64,000 nucleotides of DNA from Clostridiales bacterium UBA1770 (GCA_002315325.1 DCGU01000054.1:24078-88077), one strand, 5' to 3'; counted from the first letter of the stretch, positions 37,276 to 47,076 are shown. The notes: generated by a model from the sequence alone, not told the origin. Numbers and translations: made by a program.

Positions 37276-38256
37276 TTATTTCGCATCGGCAAATATGCCT
37301 TGGTACCAATCGCGTTCATATAAATAGGCGTCGATATCGTTGAGCACCGTAATTTTGTTGCGGCTCCATATCGGGGCCAGCAAATCTGCGGCCTGCCCGT
37401 CGCCCGTCAGCCGGCATATGACAACGTCGCCGGGCAGACGCGTGAGCGCCTGTGCGGTCAGGCGCACGTAGTCGGCCCGTTCCATCGGCCGATATTCCCC
37501 TGCCTCGTACGCGGTGCCCAACCGCGTGCCGCGCAGGACGTGCAAAAGGTGAATCTTGATTTGGTCGGGGTGCAGCCGCGCAACGTCGTCAATCGTTTGC
37601 ATCATTTCCCGCTCGGTTTCCCCCGGCAGACCGAAGATGACGTGGGTACAAATTTGAATACGGGGTGCGGCTTTGCGCAAGGCCGCAAATCCGGTGCAAA
37701 ACTGCGCCATGGTATGGCCGCGATTGATGCGTGCGGCCGTGGCGTCGTTCGACGACTGCAGGCCGAGTTCCAACGTCAAAACGGTTCTTTCCGACAGCTC
37801 TGCCAGATAGGCAAGAACGTCGGGCGCCAGACAGTCGGCGCGCGTGGCGATATTCAATCCCACGACGCCGGGATAGGTCAATGCTTCTTCAAAAACGGTT
37901 TTCAGCCGCTGCAGCGGCGCATAGGTGTTGGTGTGCGCCTGGAAATAGGCGATGCAGCGCTCCCGTGCCGCCGGCCATTTTATCGTCAGCTTTTCACGCT
38001 GCTCGATATACTGTATATCAAGCGGCACGTTTGCGGACAGGGCGTTATCGCCGGACCCGCGGGGGGAACAGTAGATGCAGCCGCCGCGGCCGCAGGTGCC
38101 GTCGATATTGGGACAGGTCATACCGGCGTCCAGCGGCACCTTAATACATTTGCCGCCGAACGTCCGCTTCAGATAAAAATCGTAGGTATAATACCGCTTG
38201 TTGCTGTCGGAGAGCGGAAACGGGTTATTCATACTTTGCGTTGGCCGTTTTTCCAC
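37276..38256 (-). CDS. TIGR01212-family radical SAM protein (YtqA-like)
   Basis: KVPLDAGMTCPNIDGTCGRGGCIYCS cluster motif. GTG start after AAGGGGAG. Confidence 0.85.
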   Translation of the reverse strand: MEKRPTQSMNNPFPLSDSNKRYYTYDFYLKRTFGGKCIKVPLDAGMTCPNIDGTCGRGGCIYCSPRGSGDNALSANVPLDIQYIEQREKLTIKWPAARERCIAYFQAHTNTYAPLQRLKTVFEEALTYPGVVGLNIATRADCLAPDVLAYLAELSERTVLTLELGLQSSNDATAARINRGHTMAQFCTGFAALRKAAPRIQICTHVIFGLPGETEREMMQTIDDVARLHPDQIKIHLLHVLRGTRLGTAYEAGEYRPMERADYVRLTAQALTRLPGDVVICRLTGDGQAADLLAPIWSRNKITVLNDIDAYLYERDWYQGIFADAK

Positions 38257-38286
38257 GTTTTTCTCCCCTTCCCCAAACGGTTACGT

Positions 38287-39798
38287 TTATTTCAAATCGT
38301 ACAGTTTTGTATACTTTTCTTCCAAATAATCCAGGAAATAGTTCGGATTGAGGTCCTCGCCGGTGATTTCACGAATCCAGGCGTCGGGGGTTTGCGAGGA
38401 GGCGCAACTGAAGACGTGTTCCGTCATCCAGTTTGTCACCTGTTTCAGATTGCCTGCCGCCACGGCGGCATCCACGTCGAACGCCTTCTTCATCGTGTGC
38501 AGAATCTGTGCGCCGTAGGCGTTGCCCAGTGCGTAGGACGGGAAATAGCCGTAGGAACCGGTCCAGTGCACGTCCTGCAAACATCCCTGTGCGTCATCCG
38601 GCACGTCAATGCCGAGATACTCTTTGTATTTGGCGTTCCACAGTGCCGGCACCTCGTCCACGGTGATATCCCCGTTGACAAACGCCCGCTCAATTTCGTA
38701 CCGAATCATAATATGCAGGCTGTAGGTCAGCTCGTCGGCCTCCATACGGATGAGCGAGGGCTCGGCAATATTGACGGCCTCGTAGAGTTCCTGCTCCGTC
38801 ACGTCGGCAAACGTCTCCCCGCCGATTTCACGGAACTTGGGGTAGAAGCTGTGGATAAACGCGGGGGAACGGCCGATGAGATTTTCGTAAAAACGGGAAA
38901 CGGTTTCGTGCATAGCGTTGGTCATTTCCCCATAGATATGGTTGTCGCAAAATGCCTGCGGCTCGTTCTGCATAAACAGGGCGTGACCGCCTTCGTGCAG
39001 GACGGAGAAAATATTGGAAACGAAAGCGTCCTCGTAGTAGTGTGTGGTCACACGTACGTCGTGCGGGCCGTAGTTGTCGGTAAAGGGGTGCTCCGTCGTC
39101 ATGAGCGTCAGCGCCTCTTCCCGCAGGCCCTCTTCCTGTAAAATAACGCGCGACATTTGTTCCTGTTTGGCAATGGGGCACGGCCGCGTTAAAAAGTCGC
39201 GGCGAATCGGCTTGCCTTCCGCCACAATGCGGCGCATCAGCGGCACAACGCGCGCCTTGACGGCACCGAAGAATGCGTCGAGTTTTGCCTCGGTCATGCC
39301 TTTTTCCAGCACGTCGAGGCAGGCGTTATAATACGTGTCCGGTTTTTCGTCCAACAAATCGACGTTTTGGCGTGCATAGGCAATCAATTCTGCCAAACTG
39401 TCGCGGAAAATGCCGAAATCGTTTTTCTTTTTGGCCTCCAGCCATTTGGCATACGCGTTGTTGCCGGCCAGGTCTTCTTTGTAGGCCAACTCGGCGGAAA
39501 TATTTTTCGTCTGTTTGTAGTTATCCCACAACAGATCGATCAAGCGATTTTGCAGGGGAGATAAATCCGTGCGGTCGTTGTGCAGCGCCGTAACCAAATT
39601 CACAAACCGTTCGGCGTGCATCAGGTCGTGCACATGCGCGCCCAGCAGTGCCATATCCTGCCCTGCCTGCTCCATACCCTCGACGGGGGCACAGCATTCC
39701 AGGTCGAAATTCATTTTGCCGATAATACGGCCGTAAGCCTCGATTTCATCGAGCAGTCCGTACAGTTCTTTGATTCGTTCCTGATTCGTCATCGTCAT
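38287..39798 (-). CDS. Carboxypeptidase, M32 family (Taq-type)
   Basis: HEGGHALF (HEXXH), HPF and IRMEADE motifs. Start uncertain; the track ORF begins at 39813. Confidence 0.88.
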   Translation of the reverse strand: MTMTNQERIKELYGLLDEIEAYGRIIGKMNFDLECCAPVEGMEQAGQDMALLGAHVHDLMHAERFVNLVTALHNDRTDLSPLQNRLIDLLWDNYKQTKNISAELAYKEDLAGNNAYAKWLEAKKKNDFGIFRDSLAELIAYARQNVDLLDEKPDTYYNACLDVLEKGMTEAKLDAFFGAVKARVVPLMRRIVAEGKPIRRDFLTRPCPIAKQEQMSRVILQEEGLREEALTLMTTEHPFTDNYGPHDVRVTTHYYEDAFVSNIFSVLHEGGHALFMQNEPQAFCDNHIYGEMTNAMHETVSRFYENLIGRSPAFIHSFYPKFREIGGETFADVTEQELYEAVNIAEPSLIRMEADELTYSLHIMIRYEIERAFVNGDITVDEVPALWNAKYKEYLGIDVPDDAQGCLQDVHWTGSYGYFPSYALGNAYGAQILHTMKKAFDVDAAVAAGNLKQVTNWMTEHVFSCASSQTPDAWIREITGEDLNPNYFLDYLEEKYTKLYDLK

Positions 39799-39883
39799 TT
39801 TTCTGCCTTTCATAAAACCATTATTGTTCTACATTATTATACAACATTATTTTATTCCTGCAACCCGTTTTTGCCTTCTTGTC

Positions 39884-39912
39884 TTGACAAGCGTACCGAA
39901 TTCATCTACAAT
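39884..39912 (+). promoter_or_regulatory. sigma-70-type promoter for the M18 aminopeptidase gene
   Basis: TTGACA, 17 nt, TACAAT. Confidence 0.6.
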
Positions 39913-39968
39913 GATGACGAAATGAAACGAAAATGCCGATTTGATCGGCAGGAGAAGAGGAATACACC

Positions 39969-41294
39969 ATGAGTGCAACCGCAAAAAACGGACAAGCGTT
40001 ATCCGTCGCCAAAGAATTACTGACTTTTATTCGCAACAGTCCCACGGCTTTTCAGGCAACGGACAGTATCGCCGCACTGCTTGAAAAGAACAATTTCACC
40101 CGTCTGCACGAAGGGGACAAATGGGATCTGACGCGCGGCGGCAAATACTACGTGACGCGCAATATGACCAGCATCATTGCGTTTACTCTGCCAAAGGATT
40201 TGCACGCCTTTATGATGGCGGCCGGTCACAGCGACTCGCCCACCTTTAAACTCAAGGAAAACTACGAGACGGTCACGCCGAACGGGTATATCCGTTTGGA
40301 CACCGAAAAATACGGCGGGATGATTATGTCCTCCTGGGTGGATATTCCCCTGTCGGTTGCCGGACGTGCCGTGGTACGGGACGGTGACAGACTCGTTGCC
40401 AAGTCCGTCGTCGTGGATAAAGATTTATGTCTGATCCCCAACGTTGCCATCCATTTTAACCGCACGATTAACGACGGTTATAAATACAACCCTGCCGTTG
40501 ACTTGGTACCGCTGTTTTCCGACGGCACCGGTGCGGGCGCCCTGCAAAAAGAAATCGCCGCTGCGGCAGGCGTGAAGCCCGGCGACGTGGCAGGTGCGGA
40601 TTTGTTCCTGTACAACCGCATGCCGGGCAGCATTTGGGGACCCAAGCACGAATTTTACTCGGCGCCGCGCATCGATAATCTCGGCTGTGCATTCGCAACG
40701 CTGACGGGGCTTTTGCAGGCAGACGCCAACGACAGTGCCGCACAGGTGTACGCCTGCTTTGATAACGAAGAGGTCGGTTCCTCCACCAAACAGGGTGCCG
40801 CTTCGACGTTTCTGCGCGACGTACTGACGCGCATTTGCGACTGTTACGGTGCCGACGTGCGCGCGCTCCTGTCCTCTTCCTTCCTGGTGTCCGCCGACAA
40901 CGGCCACGCCAAACACCCCAATCATCCCGAACTGTCCGACGGGCAGAACGCACCCATGATGAACGGAGGCGTCGTCATCAAGGCCAACGCCGCGCAAAAG
41001 TACGCCACGGACGCCGTGTCCGCTGCCGTCTTTACCGAAATCTGCCGCCGTGCCGGCGTGCCGGTACAGCCGTTTGCCAACCGTTCCGATATGGCGGGCG
41101 GTTCGACGCTGGGCAGCATTTCCGACACCGTCGTCCCCGTCAATACCGTGGATATCGGTATGGCGCAATTGGCCATGCACTCGGCCTACGAAACGGCCGG
41201 CACGCTGGACCCCGCGTATATGGCACAGGCCATGAAGGTCTATTACGAATCCCGTCTCGATACTGACGGGGAAACGTATTTCAACGTTCTTTGA
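39969..41294 (+). CDS. M18 family aminopeptidase (aspartyl-aminopeptidase-like)
   Basis: FIRNSPTAFQA N-terminus, GHSDSP, FDNEEVGS and MHSAYE motifs. Confidence 0.9.
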   Translation: MSATAKNGQALSVAKELLTFIRNSPTAFQATDSIAALLEKNNFTRLHEGDKWDLTRGGKYYVTRNMTSIIAFTLPKDLHAFMMAAGHSDSPTFKLKENYETVTPNGYIRLDTEKYGGMIMSSWVDIPLSVAGRAVVRDGDRLVAKSVVVDKDLCLIPNVAIHFNRTINDGYKYNPAVDLVPLFSDGTGAGALQKEIAAAAGVKPGDVAGADLFLYNRMPGSIWGPKHEFYSAPRIDNLGCAFATLTGLLQADANDSAAQVYACFDNEEVGSSTKQGAASTFLRDVLTRICDCYGADVRALLSSSFLVSADNGHAKHPNHPELSDGQNAPMMNGGVVIKANAAQKYATDAVSAAVFTEICRRAGVPVQPFANRSDMAGGSTLGSISDTVVPVNTVDIGMAQLAMHSAYETAGTLDPAYMAQAMKVYYESRLDTDGETYFNVL

Positions 41295-41309
41295 TTCCCG
41301 CTATGATAT

Positions 41310-41345
41310 AAAACAGCAGGTGCCGACCGGCACCTGCTGTTTTTG
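41310..41345. terminator. Bidirectional intrinsic terminator (M18 aminopeptidase / glmS)
   Basis: AAAACAGCAGGTGCC/GGCACCTGCTGTTTT stem. Confidence 0.8.
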
Positions 41346-41354
41346 TGCTGTATT

Positions 41355-43181
41355 TTATTCCACCGTCACGCTTTTGGCCAAATTTCGCGGTTTATCCACG
41401 TCGCACCCGCGCTGCACCGCAAGGCAATAGGCATAATACTGCAAAATAATGACCGCCAAAATCGGCAGCGTCATTTCGTTCGCCGCCGGCAATCGAATCA
41501 CCTCGTCGGCACAGTCCGCGGGAATCTCCATTCCCTGCCCGCACAAAAGAATCACGCGGGCACCGCGTGCCTTGACTTCCTTGGCATTGGACAGGGTCTT
41601 TTCCAAAAGTGCCGCCGACGTGGCAACGACGATACAGGGCACCCCGGGCGTAATCAGCGAAATCGTGCCGTGTTTGAGTTCCCCGGCAGCGTACGCTTCA
41701 CTGTGTACGTAAGAAATTTCCTTGATTTTTAACGCCCCCTCACAGCAAACGGCATAATCCTGTCCGCGGCCGATGAGAAACGCATCGGGAAGATTGCCGT
41801 GCTTTTCGGCAACCGCGGCCGCGCTGTCAAACAGGGCAAACGTTTTTTGCACGTCATCGGGCAGCGTTTCAAGCGCCCGGCAGAGTTCCTGCTCCCGTTG
41901 CGGGGACAACTGTCCGTTTTCATGCGCCAGGCGCAGCGCCAACAGCAGCAGCACGGCAACCTGCGCCGAATATGCCTTGGTGGTAGCCACGGCAATTTCG
42001 GGACCGGAATAGAGATAAATCACGTGATCCGCCTGTCTGGCAATGGACGAGCCAACCACGTTGACAACGGCATACGTCGGCACGCCTTTGGCCTTTGCCA
42101 GCCGCAGTGCCGCCAACGAATCGGCGGTTTCCCCCGATTGCGAAAGGATAAAAACGGCATCCCCCTGTGTAAAAATGGGATTGCCGTACCGGAATTCACT
42201 GGCAATCGCAACCGACACGGGAATGCGTGCCAACCCTTCGATGGCGTGTTTGCCCAAAAGCCCCGCATGCATGGCGCTGCCGCAGGCGACCAACGTCACG
42301 TGCTTGATCTTTTGCAGAGCGTCATTCGGTATTTCCCGCGACAAAATCTCACGAATACCGCCGGCAATACGCCCGCCGACGGCGCGACGGAGCGCTGCGG
42401 GCTGCTCCATAATCTCTTTTAACATAAAATGCGGATAACCGCCTTTTTCGGCACTTTCCTCGTCCCAATCGGCAACAATCACCTGTTTTTGCGCCGTAAT
42501 ATTCTTCCCGGTATCATCGTAAACCGTCACGCTGTCCCGCGTCACGCAGGCAATTTCGCCTGCTTCCGGCAGCAAATACCGCCGCGTGTGTGACAGGATG
42601 GCGGGGATATCGGAGGCAACAAGGTTTTCGCCCGTTCCCAAGCCCAAAATCAGCGGGCTGTCCCGCCGCACAGTCCATATTTCCCCCGGACGATCGGCAA
42701 ACAACACCGCCAGGGCATAGGAACCCTTTATCCGCTGCATGGCTGCCGTCAATGCGGCACGTGCGTCGCCCGTATACGCCTCATCCAGAACGTGCGCCGC
42801 AACCTCGGTATCGGTCTGCGACAAAAACGTACGTCCCTGTGCGAGCAGTTTTTCCTTCAGTTTTGCATAGTTTTCAATAATCCCGTTGTGCACCAGCGTC
42901 ACACGACCGCAGGCGTGCGGGTGTGCGTTCGCGTCAGACGGCTCGCCGTGCGTGGCCCAGCGCGTATGACCGATGCCGACGCACCCCCGTATGGGTTGCC
43001 CGCCGGCAATTTTATCCTTTAGGTTTGCCAGCCGCCCCTGCGCCTTTTCAACGCGTATTCCCTGCGCGGTTACAACGGCAATCCCGGCCGAATCGTACCC
43101 GCGATACTCCAATTTAGACAGTCCTTCCAATAAAATATCCGACGCTTCCTGTGCGCCGGTGTATCCAATGATTCCGCACAT
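41355..43181 (-). CDS. glmS: Glutamine--fructose-6-phosphate aminotransferase
   Basis: MCGIIGY N-terminus (start moved to 43181), two SIS domains and a C-terminal ...KSVTVE. Confidence 0.97.
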   Translation of the reverse strand: MCGIIGYTGAQEASDILLEGLSKLEYRGYDSAGIAVVTAQGIRVEKAQGRLANLKDKIAGGQPIRGCVGIGHTRWATHGEPSDANAHPHACGRVTLVHNGIIENYAKLKEKLLAQGRTFLSQTDTEVAAHVLDEAYTGDARAALTAAMQRIKGSYALAVLFADRPGEIWTVRRDSPLILGLGTGENLVASDIPAILSHTRRYLLPEAGEIACVTRDSVTVYDDTGKNITAQKQVIVADWDEESAEKGGYPHFMLKEIMEQPAALRRAVGGRIAGGIREILSREIPNDALQKIKHVTLVACGSAMHAGLLGKHAIEGLARIPVSVAIASEFRYGNPIFTQGDAVFILSQSGETADSLAALRLAKAKGVPTYAVVNVVGSSIARQADHVIYLYSGPEIAVATTKAYSAQVAVLLLLALRLAHENGQLSPQREQELCRALETLPDDVQKTFALFDSAAAVAEKHGNLPDAFLIGRGQDYAVCCEGALKIKEISYVHSEAYAAGELKHGTISLITPGVPCIVVATSAALLEKTLSNAKEVKARGARVILLCGQGMEIPADCADEVIRLPAANEMTLPILAVIILQYYAYCLAVQRGCDVDKPRNLAKSVTVE

Positions 43182-43279
43182 TATTTTCACCTTTGCCGTA
43201 TAAAAACGGCCCTTTGTCAAGTCAATAAAGCCTGCGGCATTTCGTCAGGGCGACGTTTGTCTGCAGACTTTTTCAATAT

Positions 43280-43426
43280 TCATCATTTCCGTTTGTGCCT
43301 TTGTTGGGCAATTACTTGCCGTTTTTCTCACAAACTCACGGTGAAATGATACCGAAGGGCACCCGCCGAATCTTTCGATAAACCCTTCCCTCGTCAACCG
43401 CGGTGAAATTACGGTCCCGGCGCTAT
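43280..43426 (-). ncRNA. glmS: glmS ribozyme (GlcN6P-responsive self-cleaving riboswitch) in the glmS leader
   Basis: Minus strand reads A/GCGCCGGGACC...GACGAGGGAAGGGUUUAUCGAAAGAUUCGGCGGGUGCCC...AUCAUUUC...GGAAAUGAU. This is collinear with the B. subtilis ribozyme core (AGCGCC, GACGAGG, UAUCGAA, UUCGGCGG, UGCC). The 3' boundary is approximate. Confidence 0.88.
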
Positions 43427-43539
43427 GCAATATCGTCCGCCTCACTTTTATTGTCCGGCAGTCCTGCATTCTTTTTTGCCGCGGCTTTCACTCCTTTCGA
43501 CCCGCGGTGAACGCAATCATTATACGAAATTTGTTCGTC

Positions 43540-43583
43540 CAAAACAAGAAAGCCGCCTTGACAATCTTTGCCAAGGCGGCTTT
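43540..43583 (-). terminator. Intrinsic terminator after the alpha/beta-hydrolase gene
   Basis: AAAGCCGCCTTG/CAAGGCGGCTTT stem followed by a T-rich tract on the minus strand. Confidence 0.65.
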
Positions 43584-43605
43584 ACATTCTTATCCAAAAG
43601 ACCGA

Positions 43606-44409
43606 TTATGCGGGCAGGAAACCGATGAGGCGGAACCATTCGGCTGCCATTTCCGACCAGCGCGCCACGTAGGGCATTTGTTTTGCCAAACCCATGCCGT
43701 GCCCGCCGTAGGGGAAGATATGCATCTCGACGGGGACGTTTTGGCGGCGCAGGCGCTCGGCGTAGCGGTAACTGTTGATGACGTTGACGCCGCCGTCCTC
43801 TGCCGTGTGCCAAATGAAGGCCTGCGGCGTTTTTTCATCGGCGATACGGTCGGGACAAAAACGGACGGCATCCCAGGGGATGTTTCTGCACCCCGTGAAG
43901 CTTTCGGCACTGCCCTCGTGCCAAATATCCGCCTCCACCAGGGAGATGACGGGATAGCACAGGATTTGCGCGTCCGGCAGATAGGACAGTTCGTCGACAG
44001 CGTCGATGCCCTCACCTTCCAGTTTTTCGCGGTAGGTGCAAAGGAATGCGGTTAAGTGACCGCCGGCAGACGAACCCATAACGCAGATTTTTTCAGGATT
44101 AATGCCGTACTCGGCGGCGTGGGCACGCAGGTACCGCACGGCGCGGCGGGCGTCCAGGGCCGGTGCTGGGAAGGCATAGGGATGAACGCGGTAATTGACA
44201 ACGAAGGCCGACATACCGAGCGCGTTGGCCCATTCGGCGTAACCCTTGCCCTCGTGATCGGAACGCCTGGTATAACCGCCGCCGGGAAAAATCACCAGGG
44301 CGGCATCGGTTTTTTTCTCTGCCGCCGGATAATAATCCATCGAGGGCACTTCCTGCCCCTCAAGCAATCCCGGTGCGTTGTCCCACAGCATAATATGATT
44401 TTGTTCCAT
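43606..44409 (-). CDS. Alpha/beta hydrolase (esterase/lipase, abhydrolase_3-like)
   Basis: FPGGGY oxyanion region and nucleophile elbow GSSAGGH. AGAGGA RBS. Confidence 0.8.
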   Translation of the reverse strand: MEQNHIMLWDNAPGLLEGQEVPSMDYYPAAEKKTDAALVIFPGGGYTRRSDHEGKGYAEWANALGMSAFVVNYRVHPYAFPAPALDARRAVRYLRAHAAEYGINPEKICVMGSSAGGHLTAFLCTYREKLEGEGIDAVDELSYLPDAQILCYPVISLVEADIWHEGSAESFTGCRNIPWDAVRFCPDRIADEKTPQAFIWHTAEDGGVNVINSYRYAERLRRQNVPVEMHIFPYGGHGMGLAKQMPYVARWSEMAAEWFRLIGFLPA

Positions 44410-44485
44410 TTTATTTCCTCTTCTCCCCTGCGTAAGCAGGCAGCATTCTGATTGACACGGTCATTGTAGCACTTTTGTGCCGCTA

Positions 44486-44521
44486 TGTCAATTGACATTT
44501 ACGCCTGTCCTATGCTACAAT
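44486..44521 (+). promoter_or_regulatory. TetR-gene promoter with an overlapping 12-bp perfect palindrome (candidate operator)
   Basis: TGTCAATTGACA (44486-44497) contains the -35 TTGACA, followed by 18 nt and TACAAT. Confidence 0.55.
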
Positions 44522-44547
44522 AAAAATAAAGAAAGGCGGTGGCACGT

Positions 44548-45135
44548 ATGCACAGAAAAGGCAATTCGGAAACAAAAATGAAAATCGTCAGTGCGGCGTG
44601 GCGCCTGTTCCACGAACAGGGATACGACGAGACGACCATCGACGATATCGTGTACGAGTCAAATACGTCCAAGGGCTCGTTCTATCATTATTTCGACAGT
44701 AAGGATGCACTGCTTTCTTCCCTTTCCGACCTGTTTGACAACAAATACGACGAATTGAAGGGGACGTTAACGGACGAAATGACCGCAACGGACAAGCTGC
44801 TGTATCTCAACCGCGAATTGTTCCGTTTGGTCGAGGACAGCGTACCGACGGAACTGCTGGCCCGTCTGCTCTCTTCCCAGTTGGTCACGCACAGTGAAAA
44901 GCATTTGCTTGACCGCAACCGTACCTATTATAAATTGTTGCGCACCATCATCAGCGAGGGCCAGGAAAAAGGACAGTTGGTGACCGCCGTTTCGGTGAGC
45001 GACATTATGAAAGCCTACGCCATGATGGAACGGGCACTGATGTACGACTGGTGTTTGTGCTCGGGCGAATACTCCCTGTCGGGCTACAGTGCCGGCATTT
45101 TATCGGCCTTTTTACAAAGTTACGTAAAAAAATAA
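44548..45135 (+). CDS. TetR/AcrR family transcriptional regulator
   Basis: HTH region TTIDDIVYESNTSKGSFYHYF. ATG at 44548; the track ORF begins at GTG 44539. Confidence 0.88.
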   Translation: MHRKGNSETKMKIVSAAWRLFHEQGYDETTIDDIVYESNTSKGSFYHYFDSKDALLSSLSDLFDNKYDELKGTLTDEMTATDKLLYLNRELFRLVEDSVPTELLARLLSSQLVTHSEKHLLDRNRTYYKLLRTIISEGQEKGQLVTAVSVSDIMKAYAMMERALMYDWCLCSGEYSLSGYSAGILSAFLQSYVKK

Positions 45136-45262
45136 GCGTATTGCCAACGGTATTGTCTGCGATTCGACCGAATACTATCCCCGCAACACGTCTTTTTTCG
45201 GCCGTGTTGCATAAAAAACCGTGTCTTTTGCTTTTTACGCGAAAATTTTATTTTTGGATTAT

Positions 45263-45394
45263 TTTTCAGTCTATAATCGATATCACAAATAATGCATTGA
45301 GTATCAACGAATATTTGATATTCAATGCATTTTTGTTTACTTTTCAGTCTATACTTCGTTCTGTATTGCAGTCTACTTTGTTTTGTGATAAAAT
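45263..45394 (+). promoter_or_regulatory. putP control region: direct repeats, a 17-bp inverted repeat and an extended -10 promoter
   Basis: TTTTCAGTCTATA occurs twice (45263-45275, 45341-45353) and GCAGTCTAC once (45368-45376). IR arms are AATGCATTGAGTATCAA / TTGATATTCAATGCATT (45291-45307, 45315-45331). Promoter is TTGCAG, 17 nt, TG-n-TAAAAT (45366-45394). Confidence 0.55.
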
Positions 45395-45437
45395 ACTGCC
45401 ATCGATTTTTTGAAAGGTACAGTACAGGTTTTTACAA

Positions 45438-46979
45438 ATGGGTTCACAAAGCATTTTAATTATGTGCGTCATCTTCGCCTACCTGGTCGGGATGATTTTA
45501 ATCGGTTTCTTCTACTCCAAGAAGAGCAAGGCCTCCGGTGACTATTTCCTGGGCGGCCGTAAGCTCGGCCCCTGGGTCACCGCCATGAGCGCCGAGGCAT
45601 CCGATATGTCCAGCTACCTTTTGATGGGTTTACCGGGCTTGGCTTACCTGTGCGGTCTGGCCGAGGTTTCCTGGACCGTCATCGGTCTGGCTGTCGGTAC
45701 GTATCTCAACTTCCTGCTGGTTTCCGGCCGTTTGCGCCGCTACACCGAGAAGTTGGGTGCCATCACGGTTCCGGATTACTTCTCCCGCCGCTTCGGTGAC
45801 GACAAGCACAGCCTGTCGCTGATTGCCGCGCTGGTGATTTTGATTTTCTTCATTCCCTACACCGCGTCCGGCTTTAAGGCCGTCGGCACGTTGTTCAACA
45901 GCCTGTTCGGTTGGAACTACCACGTCTCTATGATTGTCGGTGCCGTCGTCATCGTTTGCTACACCGTTCTGGGCGGCTTCCTGGCCGTTTCCACCACCGA
46001 CCTGATTCAAAGCATCTTCATGACCATTGCCCTGGCCGCCATCATTATCTTCGGTGTTACCAAGGTCGGCGGCATATCCGTCGTGATGGACAACGCCAAA
46101 AACGTTTCCGGTTATCTCAACGTATTCCAAGGCACAAAGAACGTCGTATCCAATGCAGCAGCCGGTTCCTTCGGCTTTTTGCCGATCGTATCCACGTTGG
46201 CATGGGGTCTGGGCTACTTCGGTATGCCCCACATTCTGCTGCGCTTTATGGCCATTCGTAAAGAAGAAGAGCTCAAGGCTTCCCGCCGTATCGCTTCCGT
46301 TTGGGTTGTCGTATCCATGGCTGTTGCCGTCTTCATCGGTATTATGGGTCTGTCCCTGTCCAAGACCGGTGCCATCGCCTGGCTGGGCACCTCCTCCGAT
46401 TCCGAAACCGTTATCATCAAGATTGCCAACCTGATGAGCCAAAACGGCATTCTGTTGACCATTTTCGCCGGCATCGTTCTGGCGGGCATCCTGGCCGCCA
46501 CCATGTCCACGGCAGACTCCCAGCTGCTGGCCGCCTCCTCCAGTGTGGCGCAGGACCTGGCGCAGACCGTTATGGGCCTAAAGCTCAAAGAAAAGACCTC
46601 CATGTGGCTGGCACGTGCGACCGTTGCCGTGATTGCCGTTATCGGTGTCGTACTGGCCTGGAACCCCAACAGTTCCGTCTTCCGTGTCGTTTCCTTTGCC
46701 TGGGCAGGCTTCGGTGCCGCCTTCGGTCCCGTCGTTCTGTTCTCCCTGTTCTGGCGCAGAATGAATAAAGCAGGGGCACTTGCCGGTATGGTATCCGGCG
46801 GTCTGATGGTCTTTTTGTGGAAGTTCGTCATCCGTCCTCTCGGTGGCGCCTGGGACATCTACGAACTGCTGCCGGCCTTCATCGTTTCCTGCATCGCCAT
46901 CGTCGTCGTCAGCCTGTTGACCAAGGCACCGGATGAAGAAATCACTTCCGTTTACGACGCCGTGAAAAACAAAGCTTAA
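45438..46979 (+). CDS. putP: Sodium:proline symporter (SSS family)
   Basis: GDYFLGGRKLGPWVTAMSAEASDMSSYLLMGLPG and 13 TM-like segments. Confidence 0.9.
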   Translation: MGSQSILIMCVIFAYLVGMILIGFFYSKKSKASGDYFLGGRKLGPWVTAMSAEASDMSSYLLMGLPGLAYLCGLAEVSWTVIGLAVGTYLNFLLVSGRLRRYTEKLGAITVPDYFSRRFGDDKHSLSLIAALVILIFFIPYTASGFKAVGTLFNSLFGWNYHVSMIVGAVVIVCYTVLGGFLAVSTTDLIQSIFMTIALAAIIIFGVTKVGGISVVMDNAKNVSGYLNVFQGTKNVVSNAAAGSFGFLPIVSTLAWGLGYFGMPHILLRFMAIRKEEELKASRRIASVWVVVSMAVAVFIGIMGLSLSKTGAIAWLGTSSDSETVIIKIANLMSQNGILLTIFAGIVLAGILAATMSTADSQLLAASSSVAQDLAQTVMGLKLKEKTSMWLARATVAVIAVIGVVLAWNPNSSVFRVVSFAWAGFGAAFGPVVLFSLFWRRMNKAGALAGMVSGGLMVFLWKFVIRPLGGAWDIYELLPAFIVSCIAIVVVSLLTKAPDEEITSVYDAVKNKA

Positions 46980-46994
46980 TCCCATCTTTATAAT

Positions 46995-47036
46995 AAAAGC
47001 CCGACAGCATCGGCAACCGTTGCTGTCGGGCTTTTC
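46995..47036. terminator. Bidirectional terminator (putP / GH63-like gene)
   Basis: AAAAGCCCGACAGC/GCTGTCGGGCTTTT stem. Confidence 0.8.
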
Positions 47037-47076
47037 ACGTAACGTTGCTTCTTACAACGAATGGGATGGATGGTTT

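Noticed and set aside
37540-39141. 533-aa plus-strand ORF
   Set aside because: It is antisense across two well-supported minus-strand genes (the TIGR01212 radical SAM protein and the M32 carboxypeptidase). It has no RBS and no recognisable domain.
43245-43469. 74-aa minus-strand ORF upstream of glmS
   Set aside because: It lies on the glmS ribozyme. Conserved ribozyme core sequences explain the region and there is no RBS.
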